A stretch of DNA of 64,000 nt from Eledone cirrhosa (lineage: Eukaryota). The notes under the pieces are model-generated. The model was not told the DNA's origin, did not search any database, and worked only from the letters and a program-made list of their open reading frames with translations. Below are positions 11,267 through 25,161 of this stretch, piece after piece. The position numbers and the translations under genes are program-made. The DNA lies in NCBI GenBank assembly GCA_964016885.1, contig OZ024743.1, forward strand, positions 315,890,001 to 315,954,000. The letters run 5' to 3'. Numbering within the stretch: the stretch's first letter is position 1; each line of letters opens with the position of its first letter.

Positions 11267-11634
11267 TAACGATGCATCTCCATAAAATTACACAATTATT
11301 ACAATAACTACCACAATAGGGAAAGATAATGAAGTTATGTGAAGTTATTACTATAGATAATAGGGATAAATATAGATTGATAATGTCCCCTAAAGATCAA
11401 AGGATTTCCAGGTATTACCTACTTTGGTATACTTATATATAGGTTTACATTTTCTAAACTGTCATTTTAATTATGACTACGATCTGGTGTTATTTAGTGT
11501 AGACTTGGTTCCTATTTCTATCAGACGGAAAACCATTTTGGATACTATTTACAAAAGAGGTGAAAAGATCCCACATATAAAAATATTTTTAAAACGTAAA
11601 ATTTTAGAAAATAGAATAAAAGAAACATTGCTTA

Positions 11635-11708
11635 TGGCCAGTATGGGGGTCGAACCCACGACATTCGCGTTATTAGCACGACGCTCTAACCAACTGAGCT
11701 AACCGGCC
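11635..11708 (-). tRNA. tRNA-Ile-AAT: tRNA-Ile(AAT), slot B
   Basis: Canonical copy. Confidence 0.92.
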
Positions 11709-12687
11709 TACCTCTTCCGTCGTCTCCAAAATAATGAGCACAAGCCATCAACTATGTACGTGGTCTGTAGTGTTAGTTAAATTATAATTCTGTATTTAAT
11801 ACCTGGTCACCTTGTCACACGTTAACTTTTTTTTATAATATATTTTTCTTGTTGTTTGGAGGAAACTGAGAATTCCGTTGGTGGGGTGGAATTGTCTGAA
11901 ACAGTTTGACCCCATTTGGTGTCCGAACCCCAAACCTTTACGTTATTAGCACGATTCTCTAATTACCTGAGCTAACTGGACAGATATTTAGGTCGCCATG
12001 GAGATAAATAATTAACAGAAACTATCAATTATTTATATTATATATATTTGAAGTAATTAAAACAAGCATCCAAAATTGGGTTCCTCCGAAATTCCTTTAG
12101 AGTGACGTTACTTGATTGATAGTGTACGTAGCTCGGAGATCAGAGGGTCACAACTGGTAGAGTCAGTACTTCTTCTAATTGAGAGATCACAGCTCCGATA
12201 ATATGGGCATGTGGTTAGAATGTCTCAAGAAAGAATCACTGGACAGATTTTACAGACAAAACCTACAGACAGCAGACCCAGGAGTAGACCTTGTGCAAGA
12301 TGGTTGGATAATATCTATGAGTTTGGCATGTCTCGCTTGGGAATCCAGTTGGAGGCGGTTGCTTCTGACAGGACCCACTGGAAGGTGTGTTGGAGGACTC
12401 TACCTTCACGACCCTCTTTGGAATAAATGTGCGAAGAAGAAGATGAAGAGATATTAGAAGTAGGATACAATAAAGTTTCACTTTAAAATATTTCATTACA
12501 TTTATCGAACTTTACATGTTTCACAGATGATCAAAAAGCGAACTTAAAGTTTTCAGCCTTGTATAATTCCGTCCGTTAGTTTTTACTGAATATATTCCAT
12601 CTGTCTTTGTAGGAGGATTAACGCAATGCAAAACATTGTAAATTTAGAAAGAAAAAAGAAATCAGAGTAATTAAAACTACTTGCATT

Positions 12688-12761
12688 TGGCCAGTATGGA
12701 GCTCGAACCCACGACATTCGCGTTATTAGCACGACACACTAACCAACTGAGCTAACTGGCC
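12688..12761 (-). tRNA. tRNA-Ile-AAT: tRNA-Ile(AAT), slot A, extra D-stem change
   Basis: A type with additional substitution. Confidence 0.58.
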
Positions 12762-13129
12762 TAACGATGCATCTCCATAAAATTACACAATTATTACAAT
12801 AACTACCACAATAGGGAAAGATAATGAAGTTATGTGAAGTTATTACTATAGATAATAGGGATAAATATAGATTGATAATGTCCCCTAAAGATCAAAGGAT
12901 TTCCAGGTATTACCTACTTTAGTATACTTATATATAGGTTTACATTTTCTAAACTGTCATTTTAATTATGACTACGATCTGGTGTTATTGAGGGTAGACT
13001 TGGTTCCTATTTCTATCAGACGGAAAACCATTTTGGATACTATTTACAAAAGAGGTGAAAAGATCCCACATATAAAAATATTTTTAAAACGTAAAATTTT
13101 AGAAAATAGAATAAAAGAAACATTGCTTA

Positions 13130-13203
13130 TGGCCAGTATGGGGGTCGAACCCACGACATTCGCGTTATTAGCACGACGCTCTAACCAACTGAGCTAACCG
13201 GCC
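13130..13203 (-). tRNA. tRNA-Ile-AAT: tRNA-Ile(AAT), slot B
   Basis: Canonical copy. Confidence 0.92.
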
Positions 13204-14182
13204 TACATCTTTCGTAGTCTCCAAAATAATGAGCACAAGCCATCAACTATGTACGTGGTCTGTAGTGTTAGTTAAATTATAATTCTGTATTTAATACCTG
13301 GTCACCTTGTCACACGTTAACTTTTTTTTATAATATATTTTTCTTGTTGTTTGGAGGAAACTGAGAATTCCGTTGGTGGGGTGGAATTGTCTGAAACAGT
13401 TTGACCCCATTTGGTGTCCGAACCCCAAACCTTTACGTTATTAGCACGATTCTCTAATTACCTGAGCTAACTGGACAGATATTTAGTTCGCCATGGAGAT
13501 AAATAATTAACAGAAACTATCAATTATTTATATTATATATATTTGAAGTAATTAAAACAAGCATCCAAAATTGGGTTCCTCCGAAATTCCTTTAGAGTGA
13601 CGTTACTTGATTGATAGTGTACGTAGCTCGGAGATCAGAGGGTCACAACTGGTAGAGTCAGTACTTCTTCGAATTGAGAGATCACAGCTCCGATAATATG
13701 GGCATGTGGTTAGAATGTCTCAAGAAAGAATCACTGGACAGATTTTACAGACAAAACCTACAGACAGCAGACCCAGGAGTAGACCTTGTGCAAGATGGTT
13801 GGATAATATCTATGAGTTTGGCATGTCTCGCTTGGGAATCCAGTTGGAGGCGGTTGCTTCTGACAGGACCCACTGGAAGGTGTGTTGGAGGACTCTACCT
13901 TCACGACCCTCTTTGGAATAAATGTGCGAAGAAGAAGATGAAGAGATATTAGAAGTAGGATACAATAAAGTTTCACTTTAAAATATTTCATTACATTTAT
14001 CGAACTTTACATGTTTCACAGATGATCGAAAAGCGAACTTAAAGTTTTCAGCCTTGTATAATTCCGTCCGTTAGTTTTTACTGAATATATTCCATCTGTC
14101 TTTGTAGGAGGATTAACGCAATGCAAAACATTGTAAATTTAGAAAGAAAAAAGAAATCAGAGTAATTAAAACTAATAGCATT

Positions 14183-14256
14183 TGGTCAGTATGGAGCTCG
14201 AACCCACGACATTCGCGTTATTAGCACGGCACTCTAACCAACTGAGCTAACCGGCC
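14183..14256 (-). tRNA. tRNA-Ile-AAT: tRNA-Ile(AAT), slot A, probable pseudogene
   Basis: C61T, G70A, T27C. Confidence 0.55.
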
Positions 14257-14624
14257 TAACGACACATCTCCATAAAATAACACAATTATTACAATAACTA
14301 CCACAATAGGGAAAGATAATGAAGTTATGTGAAGATATTACTATAGATAATAGGGATAAATATAGATTGATAATGTCCCCTAAAGATCAAAGGATTTCCA
14401 GGTATTACCTACTTTGGTATACTTATATATAGGTTTACATTTTCTAAAATGTCCTTTTAATTATGACTACGATCTGGTGTTATTTAGGGTAGACTTGGTT
14501 CCTATTTCTATCAGACGGAAAACCATTTTGGATACTATTTACAAAAGAGGTGAAAAGATCCCACATATTAAAATATTTTTAAAACGTAAAATTTAAGAAA
14601 ATAGAATAAAAGGAACATTGCTTA

Positions 14625-14698
14625 TGGCCAGTATGGGGCTCGAACCCACGACATTCGCGTTATTAGCACGACGCTATAACCAACTGAGCTAACCGGCC
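14625..14698 (-). tRNA. tRNA-Ile-AAT: tRNA-Ile(AAT), slot B, G22T variant
   Basis: One D-stem mismatch. Confidence 0.75.
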
Positions 14699-15676
14699 TA
14701 CCTCTTTCGTCGTCTCCAAAATAATGAGCACAAGCCATCAACTATGTACGTGTTCTGTAGTGTTAGTTAAATTATAATTCTGTATATAACACCTTGTCAC
14801 CTTGTCACATGTTAACTTTTTTTATAATATATTTTTCTTGTTGTTTGGAGGAAACTGAGAATTCCGTTGGTGGGGTGGAATTGTCTGAAACCATTTGACC
14901 CCATTTGGTGTCCGAACCCCAAACCTTTACGTTATTAGCACGATTCTCTAATTACCTGAGCTAACTGGACAGATATTTAGGTCGCCATGGAGATAAATAA
15001 TTAACAGAAACTATCAATTATTTATATTATATATATTTGAAGTAATTAAAACAAGCATCCAAAATTGGGTTCCTCCGAAATTCCTTTAGAGTGGCGTTAC
15101 TTGATTGATAGTGTACGTAGCTCGGAGATCAGAGGGTCACAACTGGTAGAGTCAGTACTTCTTCGAATTGAGAGATCACAGCTCCGATAATATGGGCATG
15201 TGGTTAGAATGTCTCAAGAAAGAATCACTGGACAGATTTTACAGACAAAACCTACAGACAGCAGAACCAGGAGTAGACCTTGTGCAAGATGGTTGGATGA
15301 TATCTATGAGTTTGGCTTGTCTCGCTTGGGAATCCAGTTGGAGGCGGTTGCTTCTGACAGGACCCACTGGAAGGTGTGTTGGAGGACTCTATCTTCACGA
15401 CCCTCTTTGGAATAAATGTGCGAAGAAGAAGATGAAGAGATATTAGAAGTAGGATACAATAAAGTTTCACTTTAAAATATTTCATTACATTTATCGATCT
15501 TTACATGTTTCACAGATTATCGAAAAGCGAACTTAAAGTTTTCAGCCTTGTATAATTCCGTCCGTTAGTTTTTACTGAATATATTCCATCTGTCTTTGTA
15601 GGAGGATTAACGCAATGCAAAACATTGTAAATTTAGAAAGAAAAAAGAAATCAGAGTAATTAAAACTAATGGCATT

Positions 15677-15750
15677 TGGCCAGTATGGGGATCGAACCAA
15701 CGACATTCGCGTTATTAGCACGACACTCTAACCAACTGAGCTAACCGGCC
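15677..15750 (-). tRNA. tRNA-Ile-AAT: tRNA-Ile(AAT), slot A, C61 intact, G51T
   Basis: T loop TTCGATC, one T-stem mismatch. Confidence 0.68.
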
Positions 15751-16118
15751 TAACGATACATCTCCTTAAAATTACACAATTATTACAATAACTACCACAA
15801 TAGGGAAAGATAATGAAGTTATGTGAAGTTATTACTATGGATAATAGGGATAAATATAGATTGATAATGTCCCCTAAAGATCAAAGGATTTCCAGGTATT
15901 ACCTACTTTGGTATACTTATATATAGGTTTACATTTTCTAAACTGTTATTTTAATTATGACTACGATCTGGTGTTATTGAGGGTAGACTTGGTTCCTATT
16001 TCTATCAGACGGAAAACCATTTTGGATACTATTTACAAAAGAGGTGAAAAGATCCCACATATAAAAATATTTTTAAAACGTAAAATTTTAGAAAATAGAA
16101 TAAAAGAAACATTGCTTA

Positions 16119-16192
16119 TGGCCAGTATGGGGGTCGAACCCACGACATTCGCGTTATTAGCACGACGCTCTAACCAACTGAGCTAACCGGCC
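16119..16192 (-). tRNA. tRNA-Ile-AAT: tRNA-Ile(AAT), slot B
   Basis: Canonical copy. Confidence 0.92.
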
Positions 16193-17172
16193 TACCTCTT
16201 TCGTCGTCTCCAAAATAATGAGCACAAGCCATCAACTATGTACGTGGTCTGTAGTGTTAGTTAAATTATAATTCTGTATTTAATACCTGGTCACCTTGTC
16301 ACACGTTAACTTTTTTTTATAATATATTTTTTTTGTTGTTTGGAGGAAACTGAGAATTCCGTTGGTGGGGTGGAATTGTCTGAAACAGTTTGACCCCATT
16401 TGGTGTCCGAACCCCAAACCTTTATGTTATTAGCACGATTCTCTAATAACCTGAGCTAACTGGACAGATATTTAGGTCGCCATGGAGATAAATAATTAAC
16501 AGAAACTATCAATTATTTATATAATATATACTTAAAGTAATTAAAACAAGCATCCAAAATTGGGTTCCTCCGAAATTCCTTTAGCGTGACGTTACTTGAT
16601 TGATAGTGTACGTAGCTCGGAGATCAGAGGGTCAAAACTGGTAGAGTCAGTACTTCTTCGAATTGAGAGATCACAGCTCCGATAATATGGGCATGTGGTT
16701 AGAATGTCTCAAGAAAGAATCACTGGACAGATTTTACAGACAAAACCTACAGACAGCAGAACCAGGAGTAGACCTTGTGCAAGATGGTTGGATGATATCT
16801 ATGAGTTTGGCTTGTCTCGCTTGGGAATCCAGTTGGAGGCGGTTGCTTCTGACAGGACCCACTGGAAGGTGTGTTGGAGGACTCTACCTTCCCGACCCTC
16901 TTTGGAATAAATGTGCGAAGAAGAAGATGAAGAGATATTAGAAGTAGGATACAATAAAGTTTCACTTTAAAATATTTCATTACATTTATCGAACTTTTAC
17001 ATGTTTCACAGATGATCAAAAAGCGAACTTAAAGTTTTCAGCCTTGTATAATTCCGTCCGTTAGTTTTTACTGAATATATTCCATCTGTCTTTGTAGGAG
17101 GATTAACGCAATGCAAAACATTGTAAATTTAGAAAGAAAAAAGAAATCAGAGTAATTAAAACTACTTGCATT

Positions 17173-17246
17173 TGGCCAGTATGGAGCTCGAACCCACGAC
17201 ATTCGCGTTATTAGCACGACACTCTAACCAACTGTGCTAACCGGCC
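17173..17246 (-). tRNA. tRNA-Ile-AAT: tRNA-Ile(AAT), slot A, T12A
   Basis: A type with extra D-stem mismatch. Confidence 0.58.
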
Positions 17247-17614
17247 TAACGATACATCTCCATAAAATTACACAATTATTACAATAACTACCACAATAGG
17301 GAAAGATAATGAAGTTATGTGAAGTTATTACTATAGATAATAGGGATAAATATAGATTGATAATGTCCCCTAAAGATCAAAGGATTTCCAGGTATTACCT
17401 ACTTTAGTATACTTATATATAGGTTTACATTTTCTAAACTGTCATTTTAATTATGACTACGATCTGGTGTTATTGAGGGTAGACTTGGTTCCTATTTCTA
17501 TCAGACGGAAAACCATTTTGGATACTATTTACAAAAGAGGTGAAAAGATCCCACATATAAAAATATTTTTAAAACGTAAAATTTTAGAAAATAGAATAAA
17601 AGAAACATTGCTTA

Positions 17615-17688
17615 TGGCCAGTATGGGGGTCGAACCCACGACATTCGCGTTATTAGCACGACGCTCTAACCAACTGAGCTAACCGGCC
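17615..17688 (-). tRNA. tRNA-Ile-AAT: tRNA-Ile(AAT), slot B
   Basis: Canonical copy. Confidence 0.92.
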
Positions 17689-18667
17689 TACATCTTTCGT
17701 AGTCTCCAAAATAATGAGCACAAGCCATCAACTATGTACGTGGTCTGTAGTGTTAGTTAAATTATAATTCTGTATTTAATACCTGGTCACCTTGTCACAC
17801 GTTAACTTTTTTTTATAATATATTTTTCTTGTTGTTTGGAGGAAACTGAGAATTCCGTTGGTGGGGTGGAATTGTCTGAAACAGTTTGACCCCATTTGGT
17901 GTCCGAACCCCAAACCTTTACGTTATTAGCACGATTCTCTAATTACCTGAGCTAACTGGACAGATATTTAGTTCGCCATGGAGATAAATAATTAACAGAA
18001 ACTATCAATTATTTATATTATATATATTTGAAGTAATTAAAACAAGCATCCAAAATTGGGTTCCTCCGAAATTCCTTTAGAGTGACGTTACTTGATTGAT
18101 AGTGTACGTAGCTCGGAGATCAGAGGGTCACAACTGGTAGAGTCAGTACTTCTTCGAATTGAGAGATCACAGCTCCGATAATATGGGCATGTGGTTAGAA
18201 TGTCTCAAGAAAGAATCACTGGACAGATTTTACAGACAAAACCTACAGACAGCAGACCCAGGAGTAGACCTTGTGCAAGATGGTTGGATAATATCTATGA
18301 GTTTGGCATGTCTCGCTTGGGAATCCAGTTGGAGGCGGTTGCTTCTGACAGGACCCACTGGAAGGTGTGTTGGAGGACTCTACCTTCACGACCCTCTTTG
18401 GAATAAATGTGCGAAGAAGAAGATGAAGAGATATTAGAAGTAGGATACAATAAAGTTTCACTTTAAAATATTTCATTACATTTATCGAACTTTACATGTT
18501 TCACAGATGATCGAAAAGCGAACTTAAAGTTTTCAGCCTTGTATAATTCCGTCCGTTAGTTTTTACTGAATATATTCCATCTGTCTTTGTAGGAGGATTA
18601 ACGCAATGCAAAACATTGTAAATTTAGAAAGAAAAAAGAAATCAGAGTAATTAAAACTAATAGCATT

Positions 18668-18741
18668 TGGTCAGTATGGAGCTCGAACCCACGACATTCG
18701 CGTTATTAGCACGGCACTCTAACCAACTGAGCTAACCGGCC
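18668..18741 (-). tRNA. tRNA-Ile-AAT: tRNA-Ile(AAT), slot A, probable pseudogene
   Basis: C61T, G70A, T27C. Confidence 0.55.
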
Positions 18742-19108
18742 TAACGACACATCTCCATAAAATAACACAATTATTACAATAACTACCACAATAGGGAAAG
18801 ATAATGAAGTTATGTGAAGATATTACTATAGATAATAGGGATAAATATAGATTGATAATGTCCCCTAAAGATCAAAGGATTTCCAGGTATTACCTACTTT
18901 GGTATACTTATATATAGGTTTACATTTTCTAAAATGTCCTTTTAATTATGACTACGATCTGGTGTTATTTAGGGTAGACTTGGTTCCTATTTCTATCAGA
19001 CGGAAAACCATTTTGGATACTATTTACAAAAGAGGTGAAAAGATCCACATATTAAAATATTTTTAAAACGTAAAATTTAAGAAAATAGAATAAAAGGAAC
19101 ATTGCTTA

Positions 19109-19182
19109 TGGCCAGTATGGGGCTCGAACCCACGACATTCGCGTTATTAGCACGACGCTATAACCAACTGAGCTAACCGGCC
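19109..19182 (-). tRNA. tRNA-Ile-AAT: tRNA-Ile(AAT), slot B, G22T variant
   Basis: One D-stem mismatch. Confidence 0.75.
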
Positions 19183-20160
19183 TACCTCTTTCGTCGTCTC
19201 CAAAATAATGAGCACAAGCCATCAACTATGTACGTGTTCTGTAGTGTTAGTTAAATTATAATTCTGTATATAACACCTTGTCACCTTGTCACATGTTAAC
19301 TTTTTTTATAATATATTTTTCTTGTTGTTTGGAGGAAACTGAGAATTCCGTTGGTGGGGTGGAATTGTCTGAAACCATTTGACCCCATTTGGTGTCCGAA
19401 CCCCAAACCTTTACGTTATTAGCACGATTCTCTAATTACCTGAGCTAACTGGACAGATATTTAGGTCGCCATGGAGATAAATAATTAACAGAAACTATCA
19501 ATTATTTATATTATATATATTTGAAGTAATTAAAACAAGCATCCAAAATTGGGTTCCTCCGAAATTCCTTTAGAGTGGCGTTACTTGATTGATAGTGTAC
19601 GTAGCTCGGAGATCAGAGGGTCACAACTGGTAGAGTCAGTACTTCTTCGAATTGAGAGATCACAGCTCCGATAATATGGGCATGTGGTTAGAATGTCTCA
19701 AGAAAGAATCACTGGACAGATTTTACAGACAAAACCTACAGACAGCAGAACCAGGAGTAGACCTTGTGCAAGATGGTTGGATGATATCTATGAGTTTGGC
19801 TTGTCTCGCTTGGGAATCCAGTTGGAGGCGGTTGCTTCTGACAGGACCCACTGGAAGGTGTGTTGGAGGACTCTATCTTCACGACCCTCTTTGGAATAAA
19901 TGTGCGAAGAAGAAGATGAAGAGATATTAGAAGTAGGATACAATAAAGTTTCACTTTAAAATATTTCATTACATTTATCGATCTTTACATGTTTCACAGA
20001 TTATCGAAAAGCGAACTTAAAGTTTTCAGCCTTGTATAATTCCGTCCGTTAGTTTTTACTGAATATATTCCATCTGTCTTTGTAGGAGGATTAACGCAAT
20101 GCAAAACATTGTAAATTTAGAAAGAAAAAAGAAATCAGAGTAATTAAAACTAATGGCATT

Positions 20161-20234
20161 TGGCCAGTATGGGGATCGAACCAACGACATTCGCGTTATT
20201 AGCACGACACTCTAACCAACTGAGCTAACCGGCC
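20161..20234 (-). tRNA. tRNA-Ile-AAT: tRNA-Ile(AAT), slot A, C61 intact, G51T
   Basis: One T-stem mismatch. Confidence 0.68.
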
Positions 20235-20602
20235 TAACGATACATCTCCTTAAAATTACACAATTATTACAATAACTACCACAATAGGGAAAGATAATGA
20301 AGTTATGTGAAGTTATTACTATGGATAATAGGGATAAATATAGATTGATAATGTCCCCTAAAGATCAAAGGATTTCCAGGTATTACCTACTTTGGTATAC
20401 TTATATATAGGTTTACATTTTCTAAACTGTTATTTTAATTATGACTACGATCTGGTGTTATTGAGGGTAGACTTGGTTCCTATTTCTATCAGACGGAAAA
20501 CCATTTTGGATACTATTTACAAAAGAGGTGAAAAGATCCCACATATAAAAATATTTTTAAAACGTAAAATTTTAGAAAATAGAATAAAAGAAACATTGCT
20601 TA

Positions 20603-20676
20603 TGGCCAGTATGGGGGTCGAACCCACGACATTCGCGTTATTAGCACGACGCTCTAACCAACTGAGCTAACCGGCC
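20603..20676 (-). tRNA. tRNA-Ile-AAT: tRNA-Ile(AAT), slot B
   Basis: Canonical copy. Confidence 0.92.
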
Positions 20677-21655
20677 TACCTCTTTCGTCGTCTCCAAAAT
20701 AATGAGCACAAGCCATCAACTATGTACGTGGTCTGTAGTGTTAGTTAAATTATAATTCTGTATTTAATACCTGGTCACCTTGTCACACGTTAACTTTTTT
20801 TTATAATATATTTTTTTTGTTGTTTGGAGGAAACTGAGAATTCCGTTGGTGGGGTGGAATTGTCTGAAACAGTTTGACCCCATTTGGTGTCCGAACCCCA
20901 AACCTTTATGTTATTAGCACGATTCTCTAATATCCTGAGCTAACTGGACAGATATTTAGGTCGCCATGGAGATAAATAATTAACAGAAACTATCAATTAT
21001 TTATATAATATATACTTAAAGTAATTAAAACAAGCATCCAAAATTGGGTTCCTCCGAAATTCCTTTAGCGTGACGTTACTTGATTGATAGTGTACGTAGC
21101 TCGGAGATCAGAGGGTCAAAACTGGTAGAGTCAGTACTTCTTCGAATTGAGAGATCACAGCTCCGATAATATGGGCATGTGGTTAGAATGTCTCAAGAAA
21201 GAATCACTGGACAGATTTTACAGACAAAACCTACAGACAGCAGAACCAGGAGTAGACCTTGTGCAAGATGGTTGGATGATATCTATGAGTTTGGCTTGTC
21301 TCGCTTGGGAATCCAGTTGGAGGCGGTTGCTTCTGACAGGACCCACTGGAAGGTGTGTTGGAGGACTCTACCTTCCCGACCCTCTTTGGAATAAATGTGC
21401 GAAGAAGAAGATGAAGAGATATTAGAAGTAGGATACAATAAAGTTTCACTTTAAAATATTTCATTACATTTATCGAACTTTACATGTTTCACAGATGATC
21501 AAAAAGCGAACTTAAAGTTTTCAGCCTTGTATAATTCCGTCCGTTAGTTTTTACTGAATATATTCCATCTGTCTTTGTAGGAGGATTAACGCAATGCAAA
21601 ACATTGTAAATTTAGAAAGAAAAAAGAAATCAGAGTAATTAAAACTACTTGCATT

Positions 21656-21729
21656 TGGCCAGTATGGAGCTCGAACCCACGACATTCGCGTTATTAGCAC
21701 GACACTCTAACCAACTGTGCTAACCGGCC
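21656..21729 (-). tRNA. tRNA-Ile-AAT: tRNA-Ile(AAT), slot A, T12A
   Basis: A type with extra D-stem mismatch. Confidence 0.58.
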
Positions 21730-22097
21730 TAACGATACATCTCCATAAAATTACACAATTATTACAATAACTACCACAATAGGGAAAGATAATGAAGTTA
21801 TGTGAAGTTATTACTATAGATAATAGGGATAAATATAGATTGATAATGTCCCCTAAAGATCAAAGGATTTCCAGGTATTACCTACTTTAGTATACTTATA
21901 TATAGGTTTACATTTTCTAAACTGTCATTTTAATTATGACTACGATCTGGTGTTATTGAGGGTAGACTTGGTTCCTATTTCTATCAGACGGAAAACCATT
22001 TTGGATACTATTTACAAAAGAGGTGAAAAGATCCCACATATAAAAATATTTTTAAAACGTAAAATTTTAGAAAATAGAATAAAAGAAACATTGCTTA

Positions 22098-22171
22098 TGG
22101 CCAGTATGGGGGTCGAACCCACGACATTCGCGTTATTAGCACGACGCTCTAACCAACTGAGCTAACCGGCC
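22098..22171 (-). tRNA. tRNA-Ile-AAT: tRNA-Ile(AAT), slot B
   Basis: Canonical copy. Confidence 0.92.
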
Positions 22172-23150
22172 TACATCTTTCGTAGTCTCCAAAATAATGA
22201 GCACAAGCCATCAACTATGTACGTGGTCTGTAGTGTTAGTTAAATTATAATTCTGTATTTAATACCTGGTCACCTTGTCACACGTTAACTTTTTTTTATA
22301 ATATATTTTTCTTGTTGTTTGGAGGAAACTGAGAATTCCGTTGGTGGGGTGGAATTGTCTGAAACAGTTTGACCCCATTTGGTGTCCGAACCCCAAACCT
22401 TTACGTTATTAGCACGATTCTCTAATTACCTGAGCTAACTGGACAGATATTTAGTTCGCCATGGAGATAAATAATTAACAGAAACTATCAATTATTTATA
22501 TTATATATATTTGAAGTAATTAAAACAAGCATCCAAAATTGGGTTCCTCCGAAATTCCTTTAGAGTGACGTTACTTGATTGATAGTGTACGTAGCTCGGA
22601 GATCAGAGGGTCACAACTGGTAGAGTCAGTACTTCTTCTAATTGAGAGATCACAGCTCCGATAATATGGGCATGTGGTTAGAATGTCTCAAGAAAGAATC
22701 ACTGGACAGATTTTACAGACAAAACCTACAGACAGCAGACCCAGGAGTAGACCTTGTGCAAGATGGTTGGATAATATCTATGAGTTTGGCATGTCTCGCT
22801 TGGGAATCCAGTTGGAGGCGGTTGCTTCTGACAGGACCCACTGGAAGGTGTGTTGGAGGACTCTACCTTCACGACCCTCTTTGGAATAAATGTGCGAAGA
22901 AGAAGATGAAGAGATATTAGAAGTAGGATACAATAAAGTTTCACTTTAAAATATTTCATTACATTTATCGAACTTTAAATGTTTCACAGATTATCGAAAA
23001 GCGAACTTAAAGTTTTCAGCCTTGTATAATTCCGTCCGTTAGTTTTTACTGAATATATTCCATCTGTCTTTGTAGGAGGATTAACGCAATGCAAAACATT
23101 GTAAATTTAGAAAGAAAAAAGAAATCAGAGTAATTAAAACTAATGGCATT

Positions 23151-23224
23151 TGGCCAGTATGGGGATCGAACCAACGACATTCGCGTTATTAGCACGACAC
23201 TCTAACCAACTGAGCTAACCGGCC
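23151..23224 (-). tRNA. tRNA-Ile-AAT: tRNA-Ile(AAT), slot A, C61 intact, G51T
   Basis: One T-stem mismatch. Confidence 0.68.
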
Positions 23225-23592
23225 TAACGATACATCTCCTTAAAATTACACAATTATTACAATAACTACCACAATAGGGAAAGATAATGAAGTTATGTGA
23301 AGTTATTACTATGGATAATAGGGATAAATATAGATTGATAATGTCCCCTAAAGATCAAAGGATTTCCAGGTATTACCTACTTTGGTATACTTATATATAG
23401 GTTTACATTTTCTAAACTGTTATTTTAATTATGACTACGATCTGGTGTTATTGAGGGTAGACTTGGTTCCTATTTCTATCAGACGGAAAACCATTTTGGA
23501 TACTATTTACAAAAGAGGTGAAAAGATCCCACATATAAAAATATTTTTAAAACGTAAAATTTTAGAAAATAGAATAAAAGAAACATTGCTTA

Positions 23593-23666
23593 TGGCCAGT
23601 ATGGGGGTCGAACCCACGACATTCGCGTTATTAGCACGACGCTCTAACCAACTGAGCTAACCGGCC
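23593..23666 (-). tRNA. tRNA-Ile-AAT: tRNA-Ile(AAT), slot B
   Basis: Canonical copy. Confidence 0.92.
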
Positions 23667-24645
23667 TACCTCTTTCGTCGTCTCCAAAATAATGAGCACA
23701 AGCCATCAACTATGTACGTGGTCTGTAGTGTTAGTTAAATTATAATTCTGTATTTAATACCTGGTCACCTTGTCACACGTTAACTTTTTTTTATAATATA
23801 TTTTTTTTGTTGTTTGGAGGAAACTGAGAATTCCGTTGGTGGGGTGGAATTGTCTGAAACAGTTTGACCCCATTTGGTGTCCGAACCCCAAACCTTTATG
23901 TTATTAGCACGATTCTCTAATAACCTGAGCTAACTGGACAGATATTTAGGTCGCCATGGAGATAAATAATTAACAGAAACTATCAATTATTTATATAATA
24001 TATACTTAAAGTAATTAAAACAAGCATCCAAAATTGGGTTCCTCCGAAATTCCTTTAGCGTGACGTTACTTGATTGATAGTGTACGTAGCTCGGAGATCA
24101 GAGGGTCAAAACTGGTAGAGTCAGTACTTCTTCGAATTGAGAGATCACAGCTCCGATAATATGGGCATGTGGTTAGAATGTCTCAAGAAAGAATCACTGG
24201 ACAGATTTTACAGACAAAACCTACAGACAGCAGAACCAGGAGTAGACCTTGTGCAAGATGGTTGGATGATATCTATGAGTTTGGCTTGTCTCGCTTGGGA
24301 ATCCAGTTGGAGGCGGTTGCTTCTGACAGGACCCACTGGAAGGTGTGTTGGAGGACTCTACCTTCCCGACCCTCTTTGGAATAAATGTGCGAAGAAGAAG
24401 ATGAAGAGATATTAGAAGTAGGATACAATAAAGTTTCACTTTAAAATATTTCATTACATTTATCGAACTTTACATGTTTCACAGATGATCAAAAAGCGAA
24501 CTTAAAGTTTTCAGCCTTGTATAATTCCGTCCGTTAGTTTTTACTGAATATATTCCATCTGTCTTTGTAGGAGGATTAACGCAATGCAAAACATTGTAAA
24601 TTTAGAAAGAAAAAAGAAATCAGAGTAATTAAAACTACTTGCATT

Positions 24646-24719
24646 TGGCCAGTATGGAGCTCGAACCCACGACATTCGCGTTATTAGCACGACACTCTAA
24701 CCAACTGTGCTAACCGGCC
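24646..24719 (-). tRNA. tRNA-Ile-AAT: tRNA-Ile(AAT), slot A, T12A
   Basis: A type with extra D-stem mismatch. Confidence 0.58.
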
Positions 24720-25087
24720 TAACGATACATCTCCATAAAATTACACAATTATTACAATAACTACCACAATAGGGAAAGATAATGAAGTTATGTGAAGTTA
24801 TTACTATAGATAATAGGGATAAATATAGATTGATAATGTCCCCTAAAGATCAAAGGATTTCCAGGTATTACCTACTTTAGTATACTTATATATAGGTTTA
24901 CATTTTCTAAACTGTCATTTTAATTATGACTACGATCTGGTGTTATTGAGGGTAGACTTGGTTCCTATTTCTATCAGACGGAAAACCATTTTGGATACTA
25001 TTTACAAAAGAGGTGAAAAGATCCCACATATAAAAATATTTTTAAAACGTAAAATTTTAGAAAATAGAATAAAAGAAACATTGCTTA

Positions 25088-25161
25088 TGGCCAGTATGGG
25101 GGTCGAACCCACGACATTCGCGTTATTAGCACGACGCTCTAACCAACTGAGCTAACCGGCC
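25088..25161 (-). tRNA. tRNA-Ile-AAT: tRNA-Ile(AAT), slot B
   Basis: Canonical copy. Confidence 0.92.
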